From assembly GCA_965238005.1 (NCBI GenBank), contig OZ250165.1, positions 3,776,001 through 3,840,000 of the forward strand: DNA of 64,000 bases. The letters run 5' to 3'. The notes below the pieces were generated by a model, which was given only the letters and a program-made list of their open reading frames with translations, made no database searches and had not been told where the DNA came from. Origin of the DNA: Longimicrobiales bacterium (GTDB lineage Bacteria; Gemmatimonadota; Gemmatimonadetes; Longimicrobiales; Gaopeijiaceae). The position numbers and the translations under genes were made by a program. Shown here one piece after another: positions 19,624-28,808 of this stretch (position 1 is its first letter; each line of letters begins with the position of its first letter).

Positions 19624-21258
19624 ATGAAAGCTGCTGAGCTCTTTGTCCGGTGCCTTGAGAACGAAGACGTGGACTACATTTTCGGCATCCCGGGCGAAGA
19701 GAACATCGATATGATGGATGTCCTGCTCGACAGTTCGATCCGCTTCATCACGACGCGGCACGAGCAGGGCGCGGCCTTCATGGCCGACGTGTACGGACGG
19801 CTGACGGGTAGAGCGGGGGTCTGCCTGGCGACCCTCGGTCCCGGCGCCACGAATCTGGTGACCGGCGTAGCGGACGCGAACATGGACCGGGCGCCTGTCG
19901 TGGCCATCGCGGGCCAGGCGGCCACGACGCGGATGCACAAGGAGAGCCATCAGTACCTCGATCTGGTCAGCCTCTTCGCTCCCATATCTCAGTATAGCAC
20001 GCAGATCATGGACCCGGAGACCATTCCGGAGGTGGTTCGCAAGGCGTTCAAGCAGGCGATCGCGGAGAAGCCAGGCGTCAGCTTCATCTCCCTTCCCGAG
20101 AACGTCGCCGGCTCCGACGTAGAAGGAAAGGAGCCGCTCAAGGTGCAGGCGGCCACGACCCCCGGGGCCCCTGAGGCCAAGATCGAGCAGGCCGCTGAGA
20201 TCATCTCGAGCGCGGAGCACCCGGTCATCATGGCAGGGAACGGCGTCATCCGCGCCGGAGGCGCGGCGCAGCTCCAGGCGTTCGCCGAGAGACTGCAGAT
20301 CCCCGTCGCGACCACCTTCATGGCCAAGGGCGCGATACCGTTCTCACACCCCCTCAGCCTCGGGACCGTGGGCTTGCAAGCCCACGACTACGTCAGCTGC
20401 GGATTCGATCGCGCAGATGTGATCATTTGCGTAGGCTACGACATGGTCGAGTACCATCCCTATCTGTGGCACCCCGAAAAGCACGCCCAAATCCTACACA
20501 TCGACGAGACGCCGGCCGAGGTGGATGAGCACTACATGCTGGCGGCCGGGGTCATCGGCGACATCGGTGAGTCACTGCAGCGGATCGCTGAGGTGGCGCG
20601 GCCTCAGGATGAACCGAAGCTTGGAGCACTGCGGGACCTCGTCCTCCAGGAGCACTCCGATCACGCGGAGAACCCGGCGTTCCCCGTGGTGCCCCAGCGC
20701 ATCCTTTGGGACCTCCGGCAGGTGCTGGAGCCCGAGGACATCGTCATCAGCGACGTGGGCGCTCACAAGATGTGGACCGCCCGGCTCTACCAGGCCGAGC
20801 GCCCCAACACCTGCATCATCTCAAACGGTTTCGCCTCGATGGGGATCGGCGTGCCCGGGGCCGTCGCCGCGAAGCTGGTCCACCCGGAGCGTACCGTGGT
20901 AACGATCACGGGCGATGCCGGATTCCTGATGAATTGCCAGGAGATCGAGACCGCACTCCGTATCGGGACCCCTATCATCATCCTCATCTGGGACGACAGC
21001 GAGTACGGTCTGATCCGCTGGCATCAGCTGCGCCACTTCGACCGCCCCAGCCACATCGACTTCAACAATCCCGATTTCGTGATGTTCGCGGAGAGCTTCG
21101 GGGCCAAGGGCTATCGGGTGGAAGGCGCCGACGAGTTGGTGCCGACGCTGAAGCAGGCCATCGCCGACGACACGGTCGTGATCATCGACTGCCCGGTGGA
21201 TTACTCAGAGAACATGAAGCTGACGGAAAAGCTGGGGAATCTGGTCTGTCCTATGTAG
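19624..21258 (+). CDS. ThDP-dependent acetolactate-synthase-like enzyme; resembles cyanobacterial 2-oxoglutarate decarboxylase (OgdA)
   Basis: MKAAELFVRCLENEDVDYIFGIPGEEN, RHEQGAAFMADVYGRLTG, ESHQYLDLV, SDVGAHKMW, NTCIISNGFA, GDAGFLMN, DCPVDYSEN; no ilvN/ilvC nearby. Confidence 0.88.
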   Translation: MKAAELFVRCLENEDVDYIFGIPGEENIDMMDVLLDSSIRFITTRHEQGAAFMADVYGRLTGRAGVCLATLGPGATNLVTGVADANMDRAPVVAIAGQAATTRMHKESHQYLDLVSLFAPISQYSTQIMDPETIPEVVRKAFKQAIAEKPGVSFISLPENVAGSDVEGKEPLKVQAATTPGAPEAKIEQAAEIISSAEHPVIMAGNGVIRAGGAAQLQAFAERLQIPVATTFMAKGAIPFSHPLSLGTVGLQAHDYVSCGFDRADVIICVGYDMVEYHPYLWHPEKHAQILHIDETPAEVDEHYMLAAGVIGDIGESLQRIAEVARPQDEPKLGALRDLVLQEHSDHAENPAFPVVPQRILWDLRQVLEPEDIVISDVGAHKMWTARLYQAERPNTCIISNGFASMGIGVPGAVAAKLVHPERTVVTITGDAGFLMNCQEIETALRIGTPIIILIWDDSEYGLIRWHQLRHFDRPSHIDFNNPDFVMFAESFGAKGYRVEGADELVPTLKQAIADDTVVIIDCPVDYSENMKLTEKLGNLVCPM

Positions 21259-21309
21259 GGCGGCTCTATGTAGGGCGGCGGGGGCGGCCAAATAACCGGA
21301 GATACGAGA

Positions 21310-22749
21310 ATGCCTGAGCGGTTCCCACTCATGGTTCCGGGCGCTACGCCGGACGGCGACCTCATGGACGTCCATGCGCCCTACGATCAGAGCCTGATCG
21401 CTACCGTAGAGTGCGGAGGAGCGCGGGTCGTGGAGGAGGCGCTGGATACGGCCTACCGACTCTTCCGCGACAGGGACACTTGGCTCAGCGCGGCCCGCCG
21501 GACCGAGATCCTGAGGGGCGCCGCCGCCATCATGCAGGAGCGACGAGAGGAGCTAGCGGTCGAAGCCGCCCGGGAGGGCGGAAAGCCACTGATCGACTCG
21601 CGTGTCGAGGTGGACCGTGCGGTCGACGGTGTGCACGAGTGTGTAGAATTCCTGCGCACTCAGCACGGCGAAGAGATTCCGATGGGACTCAACGCCGCGT
21701 CGGCCAACCGATTGGCGTTCACCCGCCACGAACCCATTGGCGTCGTGGTCGCCTTCAGCGCCTTCAACCATCCGCTGAACCTGATCGTCCACCAGGTCGG
21801 GCCGGCTGTCGCGACCGGGTGTCCGTGCATAGTCAAACCGGCAGAGGCCACGCCCCTGTCGGGGATGCGCTTCGTGGGAATTCTCCGCGAGGCGGGTCTC
21901 CCGGAGGAGTGGTGCCAGGGCCTCATGACCACCGATCTAGACGTCGCCGGATCACTGGCCACGGATCAAAGGGTGGGCTTCTTCAGCTTCATTGGCAGCG
22001 CTCGTGTAGGCTGGATGTTGCGCTCCAAGCTCGCGCCCGGCACTCGAAGCGCCTTGGAACATGGAGGCGCGGCGCCCGTCCTCGTGGCCGAGGACGCCGA
22101 CCTCGACCATGTGCTCCCGCTGATCAGCAAGGGGGGATTCTACCACGCCGGCCAGGTCTGCGTTTCAGTTCAGCGCGTCTTCGCCCACGGGAGCATCGCT
22201 CGCGATCTGGCCGAGCGCCTTGCCCAAGTGGCGATTGCTCTCAACGTCGGTGATCCGACCTCCCCGGACACCGAAGTGGGGCCTCTCATCCGCCCAGCCG
22301 AAGTGGAGCGCGTAGGAGAGTGGGTGAGGGAAGGAGTCGATCGCGGTGGCGAGCTCCTCACCGGCGGCGAAGCCCTTTCCGAGACGTGCTACGCCCCAAC
22401 GGTGCTGTACGATCCGCCCGGCGACGCTCGAGTCTCGACATCCGAGATCTTCGGCCCGGTCGTCTGCGTATATCCGTACGACGACATCGATGACGCGATC
22501 GCCCGGGCGAACTCGCTTCCTTACGCTTTCCAGGCCTCAGTATTCACCCGCGATCTCGATACTGCGCTACGGGCTTCGCGCCGGCTCGACGCCTCTGCGG
22601 TGATGGTCAACGATCACCCCGCCTTCCGCGTGGATTGGATGCCGTTCGCTGGCCTGAGGGAGTCGGGCATCGGAGTGGGGGGAATCCCCTATACGATGGA
22701 AGACATGCAGATCAGGAAGCTGGTGGTGATTCGTTCACAGGAGCTGTAG
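21310..22749 (+). CDS. Aldehyde dehydrogenase
   Basis: AFNHPLNL, VKPAEATP, FIGSARVG, LEHGG, AGQVCVSVQR, EIFGPV, MPFAGLRESG. Confidence 0.93.
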   Translation: MPERFPLMVPGATPDGDLMDVHAPYDQSLIATVECGGARVVEEALDTAYRLFRDRDTWLSAARRTEILRGAAAIMQERREELAVEAAREGGKPLIDSRVEVDRAVDGVHECVEFLRTQHGEEIPMGLNAASANRLAFTRHEPIGVVVAFSAFNHPLNLIVHQVGPAVATGCPCIVKPAEATPLSGMRFVGILREAGLPEEWCQGLMTTDLDVAGSLATDQRVGFFSFIGSARVGWMLRSKLAPGTRSALEHGGAAPVLVAEDADLDHVLPLISKGGFYHAGQVCVSVQRVFAHGSIARDLAERLAQVAIALNVGDPTSPDTEVGPLIRPAEVERVGEWVREGVDRGGELLTGGEALSETCYAPTVLYDPPGDARVSTSEIFGPVVCVYPYDDIDDAIARANSLPYAFQASVFTRDLDTALRASRRLDASAVMVNDHPAFRVDWMPFAGLRESGIGVGGIPYTMEDMQIRKLVVIRSQEL

Positions 22750-22763
22750 CTCGGAGGTGCGGT

Positions 22764-24506
22764 ATGAAGCTCGTGTCTGTGAACGTCTCGCTTCCCCTGG
22801 AAATCACACACAAGGGCAAGACCGTCCGAACCGGAATCTTCAAGGAGGCCGTCGAGCGTCGCGTACGGGTCGCCACTCTCAACATCGACGGCGACGGCCA
22901 GGCCGACCTCATCGGCCATGGCGGCCCGTTCAGGGCCGTGTTGGTTTACTCCCTCGACAACTACGCCTACTGGGAACACGAGCTCGGTCAGTCGGGGTTC
23001 GCGTTCGGTCATTTCGGTGAAAACTTCACCGTCGACGGGATGGTGGAGGAGGATGTCCACGTCGGTGATGTCTTCAGAATCGGCACAGCGCTGTTCCAGG
23101 TGACGCAGCCGCGGGTGCCGTGCTACAAACTCGCCATCAAGGTCGGAATCGAGAATTTCTACAGTCGCATTCTCGAGAGTGGGAGGCCCGGATTCTATTT
23201 CCGCGTGTTGGAGGAGGGCGAGGTCGGGGCCGGCGACGCCATCGAGCGCGTTCGCCTCGATCCGGTCGAGCTCACCGTCCGTCAGGTCAGCAACCTCCTC
23301 TATTTCGACAAGGACGACTTGGAAGGCGCGAGAACCGCGCTGCGCATCGAGGCGCTGTCACCGGGCTGGCGGCAATCGTTCGAAAAGCGGTTGGCCAACG
23401 CGCAGCGCGCGACCAAGTCCAAAGAGAAGTACCGAACCTTTGTCGTGACGGGAAAGGTCCCGGAGAGCGAGTCCATCACGTCGTTCTGCCTCGCCGCGGA
23501 AGACGGAGAGCCTTTGGACGCGTTTCTCCCGGGCCAGTTCCTGCCGCTCCGGCTGAACATCCCCGGCCAATACGAGCCTGTGTACCGAACGTACTCTCTC
23601 TCCGACCGACCGGGCGCCGAGCACTATCGCCTGACCATCAAGCGGGAGCCGGCGCCTCCCGACCTCCCCAACGCGTACCCCGGCGTATCGTCGAACTACT
23701 TCCACGATCACGTGGACGTGGGTGCCACACTCTCGGCGAAGGCGCCACGCGGACGTTTCTATCTCGACCCACAGCGTGAGACCCCGGTAGCACTCGTGAG
23801 CGCGGGCGTCGGTCAGACGCCGATGATCAGCATGCTCAATGCCATCGTCGCGGCCGGCGCAAAGCGGCCGACGTGGTTCGTTCACGGGAGTCGATGCGGC
23901 CGGGAACACGCCCTGGGCGACGCCGTGCGGCGCCTCGCCGAGGAACATGACCACGTCCACGCGCACATCCGCTACAGCCAGCCGTCCACCGAGGATGTCG
24001 TGGGGCGCGACCACGACGACACCGGGTGGGTCGACGCGGACCTGTTGAAGCGTCTTCTGCCGGACAACGAGTGCGATTTCTATCTGTGCGGCCCGACCGG
24101 GTTCATGCGATCGCTCTTCGAAGGATTGCTGTCGTGGGGAGTCCCCGAGCAGCGGATTCACTATGAGTTCTTCGGACCCGCGTCCGCCTTGAAGGAGCGA
24201 GCGAATGTCGCCACGCCGAAGCGCGCTCCTGGGGCCGCCGAATGTTACACCGATCTCGAGGTCACGTTCTCGACTTCTGGGGTGCGCGCCAACTGGAACC
24301 CGTCTTTCGAGAGCATCCTGGACCTGGCCGAGGCGAACGGCCTGAGTCCCGACTACAGCTGCCGGTCAGGAGTCTGTCAGACCTGCGTGGCCAGGATCGA
24401 GGAGGGTGAGGTCGAGTACGTCATCGAGCCTCTCGACCCGCCTGATGACGGCTCCGTCTTGATCTGCTGCTCCAAGCCCGCGACCCCTGTGGTCATAGCA
24501 CTGTGA
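22764..24506 (+). CDS. MOSC-3alpha + FAD/NAD(P)H ferredoxin reductase + 2Fe-2S ferredoxin fusion
   Basis: MOSC QPRVPCYKL; RTYSLSD, SAGVGQTP, YLCGP, HYEFFG; SCRSGVCQTC...ICC. Confidence 0.93.
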   Translation: MKLVSVNVSLPLEITHKGKTVRTGIFKEAVERRVRVATLNIDGDGQADLIGHGGPFRAVLVYSLDNYAYWEHELGQSGFAFGHFGENFTVDGMVEEDVHVGDVFRIGTALFQVTQPRVPCYKLAIKVGIENFYSRILESGRPGFYFRVLEEGEVGAGDAIERVRLDPVELTVRQVSNLLYFDKDDLEGARTALRIEALSPGWRQSFEKRLANAQRATKSKEKYRTFVVTGKVPESESITSFCLAAEDGEPLDAFLPGQFLPLRLNIPGQYEPVYRTYSLSDRPGAEHYRLTIKREPAPPDLPNAYPGVSSNYFHDHVDVGATLSAKAPRGRFYLDPQRETPVALVSAGVGQTPMISMLNAIVAAGAKRPTWFVHGSRCGREHALGDAVRRLAEEHDHVHAHIRYSQPSTEDVVGRDHDDTGWVDADLLKRLLPDNECDFYLCGPTGFMRSLFEGLLSWGVPEQRIHYEFFGPASALKERANVATPKRAPGAAECYTDLEVTFSTSGVRANWNPSFESILDLAEANGLSPDYSCRSGVCQTCVARIEEGEVEYVIEPLDPPDDGSVLICCSKPATPVVIAL

Positions 24507-24528
24507 CGCCGGAGAGGAGCGAGACCTC

Positions 24529-25788
24529 ATGACGCACGACAGATCGGTTCGGGTGGCCGTGGTGGGCGGCGCGCGCACGCCGTTCGCCAGGGCCGGCACC
24601 GTGTTCCGGAAGTACTCGGCGCTCGACCTTGGCGTTCACGCGGTGGACGGCTTGCTGGCTAAGCACAGCCTCGATCCGCAGTCGGTCGGGGAGCTGGCGT
24701 TCGGGATTACCGTCGTCGACGCACGGATCCCCCACCTCGCCAGGGACATCGTCTTCTCCAGTGACCTACGGCCCGCGGTGCAGGCACTCACCCTCACGAA
24801 CAACTGCATCACGGGGACGTCGGCGATTACCGCGATCGCCGACTCAATCGTTGCCGGCCGCTCCGAGATCGGGATCGCAGGCGGGGTAGAGTCGATGTCC
24901 AACCCGGCGCTGCTATTCGGTAAACGGGCGAGTCGCATCTTCCTCGACGCCGCAGCGGCCAAGACGTTCGGGCAGCGTCTCCGCCTCTTTGCACGACTGC
25001 GCCCCGGAGATTTCAAGGCTCACGCTCCCGGCGTCAACGAGCCGTCCACCGGTTTGTCGATGGGCGAGCACACCGAGCTCATGGTCAAGGAGTGGAAGAT
25101 CCCGCGGGAGGAGCAGGACGAGATCGCCTATCGTAGTCACATGAACGCGCACAGGGCGATGGAAGACGGCCGTCTGAAGGCCGAGATCCACCCCCTCGAC
25201 GGGTTCGATCACGACCTGTTCGTCAGGCCCGACACCTCGATGGAAAAGCTGGCCAAGCTGCGGCCGGTGTTCGACTGCAGTCCCGCGGGAACGCTAACCG
25301 CGGGCAACTCGAGTCCACTGACGGACGGCGCGGCCGCGGTGTTGCTCATGTCGGAAGCTCGAGCCCGCCACGAAGGTCGCGAGCCACTCGCGTTCGTGAA
25401 GGACTTCGAGTACGCAGCGATCGACCCGAAGGACGGCCTGCTCATGGGTCCGGGCGTTGCGGTGCCACGGCTCCTTCAGCGCACCGGCCTCACGCTCTCC
25501 GATCTGGACCTGATCGAGATGCACGAGGCATTCGGCGGACAGGTGGCGTGCAACCTGCGCGCGTGGGAGCAGGGGTGGAAGGAGCCGGCCATCGGAACCG
25601 TCGATCGGGACAAGCTGAACCAGCTCGGAAGCTCCATTGCGGTCGGCCATCCGTTTGCCGCCACCGGAGCCCGGATCGTCACGACATTGGCCAACGAGAT
25701 GAAGCGTCGTAAGGCGAGATATGGGCTCGTGAGCATCTGCGCAGCGGGCGCCCAGGCGTCGGCCATGATCCTCGAGCGGGATGTGTAG
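24529..25788 (+). CDS. Acetyl-CoA C-acyltransferase (thiolase, FadI-like)
   Basis: GARTPF, NNCITG, AGGVESMS, TAGNSSPLTDGA, EMHEAF, GHPFAATG, SICAAG. Confidence 0.93.
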   Translation: MTHDRSVRVAVVGGARTPFARAGTVFRKYSALDLGVHAVDGLLAKHSLDPQSVGELAFGITVVDARIPHLARDIVFSSDLRPAVQALTLTNNCITGTSAITAIADSIVAGRSEIGIAGGVESMSNPALLFGKRASRIFLDAAAAKTFGQRLRLFARLRPGDFKAHAPGVNEPSTGLSMGEHTELMVKEWKIPREEQDEIAYRSHMNAHRAMEDGRLKAEIHPLDGFDHDLFVRPDTSMEKLAKLRPVFDCSPAGTLTAGNSSPLTDGAAAVLLMSEARARHEGREPLAFVKDFEYAAIDPKDGLLMGPGVAVPRLLQRTGLTLSDLDLIEMHEAFGGQVACNLRAWEQGWKEPAIGTVDRDKLNQLGSSIAVGHPFAATGARIVTTLANEMKRRKARYGLVSICAAGAQASAMILERDV

Positions 25789-25879
25789 CGCCGAACGCCA
25801 CGATAAAGGCCGTGGAGCGATTGAGCAGGCCAGAACGGGGAGCTGACGCGGGATGGTGGAAGGCAGGAAGGTGAGCAAC

Positions 25880-26100
25880 ATGACGAGCACGGCAAAGGCC
25901 CACTCGTTCAGTCTAGGAGCGACGATCCTGGTCGCGACGTCCTTCCCCGTTGTGGAGGGTATCGCTCATAGCATGGACAGTCTTGCCCTAGCTCATGACT
26001 TTTTGGACCCTCGCCTGCGGCAGCTTTTGGCTCTTGCTGCTGTCCATCCCGGCCCTGACACAGATGGATTGGCCGGGGGTCCCGTGGTCGAGTGTGACGT
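25880..26100 (+). pseudogene. EamA/DMT transporter remnant with internal deletion
   Basis: MTSTAKAHSFSLGATILVATSFPVVEGIAHSMDSLAL joined out of frame to MTFWTLACGSFWLLLL...MDW. Confidence 0.5.
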
Positions 26101-26409
26101 GGCCCCAGGCGTGGTGCCCTGTCCTACGCTACACGACCTGCAGCCATCGGCGGTCCCTAGAGCTGGGGCATCATGAGGATGGCCGGGTCAATCTTCTTCA
26201 ATACGCCGCCTCCGTGGAGTCATGGGTCACGGACTGCGGAGCTTGTTTGACAAGCTGGGACGGGTCATGGGGTTCGCCGCCACGTAGCGACGTGTGATCG
26301 TCTCAAGGTCCTCGGGGGCGGAACCCCCAACGCTGTGGACCACGTCGTTGGGCGCTCCCGCTGCGAAGCCTCCACGACGATACTCCTACGGCGACGCGGG
26401 CGACATCCT

Positions 26410-26781
26410 CGTTCGATACCGGCGGACCCCGACCCGGATGTGCGACGGCCGGGCAACCTGCGCACCGTCGCGGTGACCCTGCAGGTGGCCTGTCAGAGGG
26501 TGGTCGACCCGTGCCTCAACCTGACGGCCGAGCTCCAGGTGGACGGGGAGCGCTTCGAATTGACGGTGCGCGAAGGGCACGTTGCCGTCCGATACAGAGC
26601 GGCCGAGGCATCACAGGCCATCCTTTCGATGGACTACGAGGCTATGGTCGACGTCGCGGATGGCCGAATCCCGCTGGAGGAGCTCGCCGAGCACCACGTG
26701 GAGATCGTCTCGGGCGAACCGGCCGCCATCGAGGAGTTGATGAACCTGCTGTCATGTACGATGGCGCAGTTAGCGGCGTGA
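26410..26781 (+). pseudogene. C-terminal SCP2-like domain of an HxlR-type regulator, N-terminus lost
   Basis: ELQVDGERFELTVREGHVAVR...VADGRIPLEE...EIVSGEPAAIE; no credible start. Confidence 0.45.
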
Positions 26782-26804
26782 TGTTCCGGCCCATCGGCCG
26801 TTTT

Positions 26805-28217
26805 CTACTCCATGATGCGTCGCCTGGCAACGAATCGCTGTAGGATCTCCAGCGTCATCGCGACGCCCCGGCGCACGTTTTCCTCCGTCACGCGCTCGTC
26901 GTTTCCGTGCACGCCGCTCGCATCCGCCTGGGGTGTCGCGGTGGCCTCGTACCCGTAGCTCACGATGCCCAGGTCCCTGAAGAAGTGACTGTCGGTGAAG
27001 CCGCCCTGCACCTGGGGAACGAAGTTGGCGTCGGGAAAGACCTCGAGCGTCACATCGCGGATCGTACGGTAGAGCTCGGTATCGGTAGAAGACACGGCGG
27101 GGCTGAATCCCATGAGGACCTCGACGTCGACGTCGGGTCCAAGGATCTCGCGCAGCTCGGCCAGCCAGACCTCGGGGTCCTGGTCGGGCAGCAACCGGCA
27201 GTCGATCTCGGCGGTCACTTCGGCGGAAACGACGTTGATCTTGTCGCTACCCTGAAATCGGGTGATTGAGCAGGTGTTGCGCGTGAGGGCGTGCAGCCCC
27301 GGGTCGTACTCCTGGAGCTCGCGTAGGAGGCCGGGTTGCTCGAGCACCGAGGCCAGGTCCGCGAAACGAGACCGCCAGGGCTCGGGATGCCCCGCCGCCA
27401 TGCCCTTGAGGTGCGCATCGACCGCGGGCACGATGCGGGCGTCGAATCTGTGACGACGCAATCGATCGAGCGCCTCGACCAGCTTAGTCGATGCGTACGA
27501 GACAAGGGGCCTCGATCCATGACCCGGCTTACCCGAGGCGGTCACCCGGAGCCAGTAGGGCACCTTCTGGGTGACCTCGAGGCCGAACTGGATGTTGCCG
27601 TCCACGTCCTTGCCTCCACCGCCTTCGTTCAGCAGGAACCCGACGCCCTCGAAGATCTCCGGCCTGTTCTCCGCGAGCCAGCCGGCACCGAAGAAGCCCC
27701 CCGCCTCCTCGTCCGCCGTGGCCATGAAGATCACGTCGCGCTGGAGCGGGGTCCCGGAGCGGTGGAGCGCAAGAAACGAAGCGAGGTGCAGGATGCCGCT
27801 GGTCTTGGTATCCAGGGCACCGCGGCCGTATAAGTAGCCGTCGCGCAAGTCGCCCGAGCGGGGGTCCGTGCTCCAGAAACGCACGTCGGCGGGTACCACG
27901 TCCATGTGGTGGAGCAATAGCAGCGCGGGAGCGTCACCCCCGTCGAGACGTGCCCAGATGTTGCCACGGCCCGGAGCGGATTCGGCGATCTCGTACGGGA
28001 TCCCTTCAGCGTCGAAGATCTCCGCGAAGAAGCGCGCGCCTCGTATCTCGTTCCCGGGCGGGTTTGTCGTATTGATGCGGATGTAGTCCTGGAGCCACCC
28101 GACCGCTTCGTCCTGAAGCGCGGACAGGTCCACCTGTGCCGCCCCCCCTGTGGGGATGAAAGCCGCGAGCAGGGCGAGTGCTGGGATCCGGGTCCATGTC
28201 GATACGGCTGTGTGCAT
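26805..28217 (-). CDS. Secreted M20/M25/M40 metallopeptidase
   Basis: Signal peptide; HHMDVVP, GRGALDTK, ADEEAGG, GHGS, GGFTDS, HGNDERV. Confidence 0.93.
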   Translation of the reverse strand: MHTAVSTWTRIPALALLAAFIPTGGAAQVDLSALQDEAVGWLQDYIRINTTNPPGNEIRGARFFAEIFDAEGIPYEIAESAPGRGNIWARLDGGDAPALLLLHHMDVVPADVRFWSTDPRSGDLRDGYLYGRGALDTKTSGILHLASFLALHRSGTPLQRDVIFMATADEEAGGFFGAGWLAENRPEIFEGVGFLLNEGGGGKDVDGNIQFGLEVTQKVPYWLRVTASGKPGHGSRPLVSYASTKLVEALDRLRRHRFDARIVPAVDAHLKGMAAGHPEPWRSRFADLASVLEQPGLLRELQEYDPGLHALTRNTCSITRFQGSDKINVVSAEVTAEIDCRLLPDQDPEVWLAELREILGPDVDVEVLMGFSPAVSSTDTELYRTIRDVTLEVFPDANFVPQVQGGFTDSHFFRDLGIVSYGYEATATPQADASGVHGNDERVTEENVRRGVAMTLEILQRFVARRRIME

Positions 28218-28369
28218 CGTGCCCTTCTTGGTCTCGTGGGAAGCAGCCACTGTGGTCATGGCCCGCATTGTAGGGAGCCGTCGATCGTGCGGCTACCCCG
28301 CGGTCTGACACATGCAACGCAGGGATATTGTCAGCGGCGGACCCTTATCTGACTAATAACCTATATCTC

Positions 28370-28804
28370 GGGCTGGTCGGCGAGCTGCAGCGGTGGTCGG
28401 AGGATCCTGTGCGAGCCAGACAAGAGCTATTCCGCCGAATCGCCTTCAACGCGCTGATCTCCAACACCGACGGCCACCCGCGCAACCACGCGTTGATCGA
28501 TCCAGGTCGCGGCTGGCGACTCTCGCCGGCCTACGACTTGACTCCGTCGCTCGTGCAGAGCCTCGAACGCCGCGATCTGGCGATGGTCTGCGGGGACCAC
28601 GGCAGAATCGCCAGCAGACAGAACCTGCTCTCGGCCTCCCCGAGGTTCGGCCTCACGCGGGCCGGGGCCGGCGAGCTCATCGATGACATCAAGGGCGTCG
28701 TCGAGGCCGATTGGCACCGGGAGGTTCTTGACCAAGGCGGCTCAGAGCAGGACTGCGCCACCATCCAGGGCGCGTTCAGCTATCCGGGGTTCGAGCTGCC
28801 CTGA
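28370..28804 (+). pseudogene. HipA-family kinase toxin, C-terminal fragment
   Basis: ELFRRIAFNALISNTDGHPRNH...WRLSPAYDLTP; N-terminal part and hipB absent. Confidence 0.8.
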
Positions 28805-28808
28805 AAGG

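Noticed and set aside
28340..28370. dif-like site in an AT-rich patch before the HipA fragment
   Set aside because: No convincing XerD arm (TTATGTTAAAT-like) on either strand.
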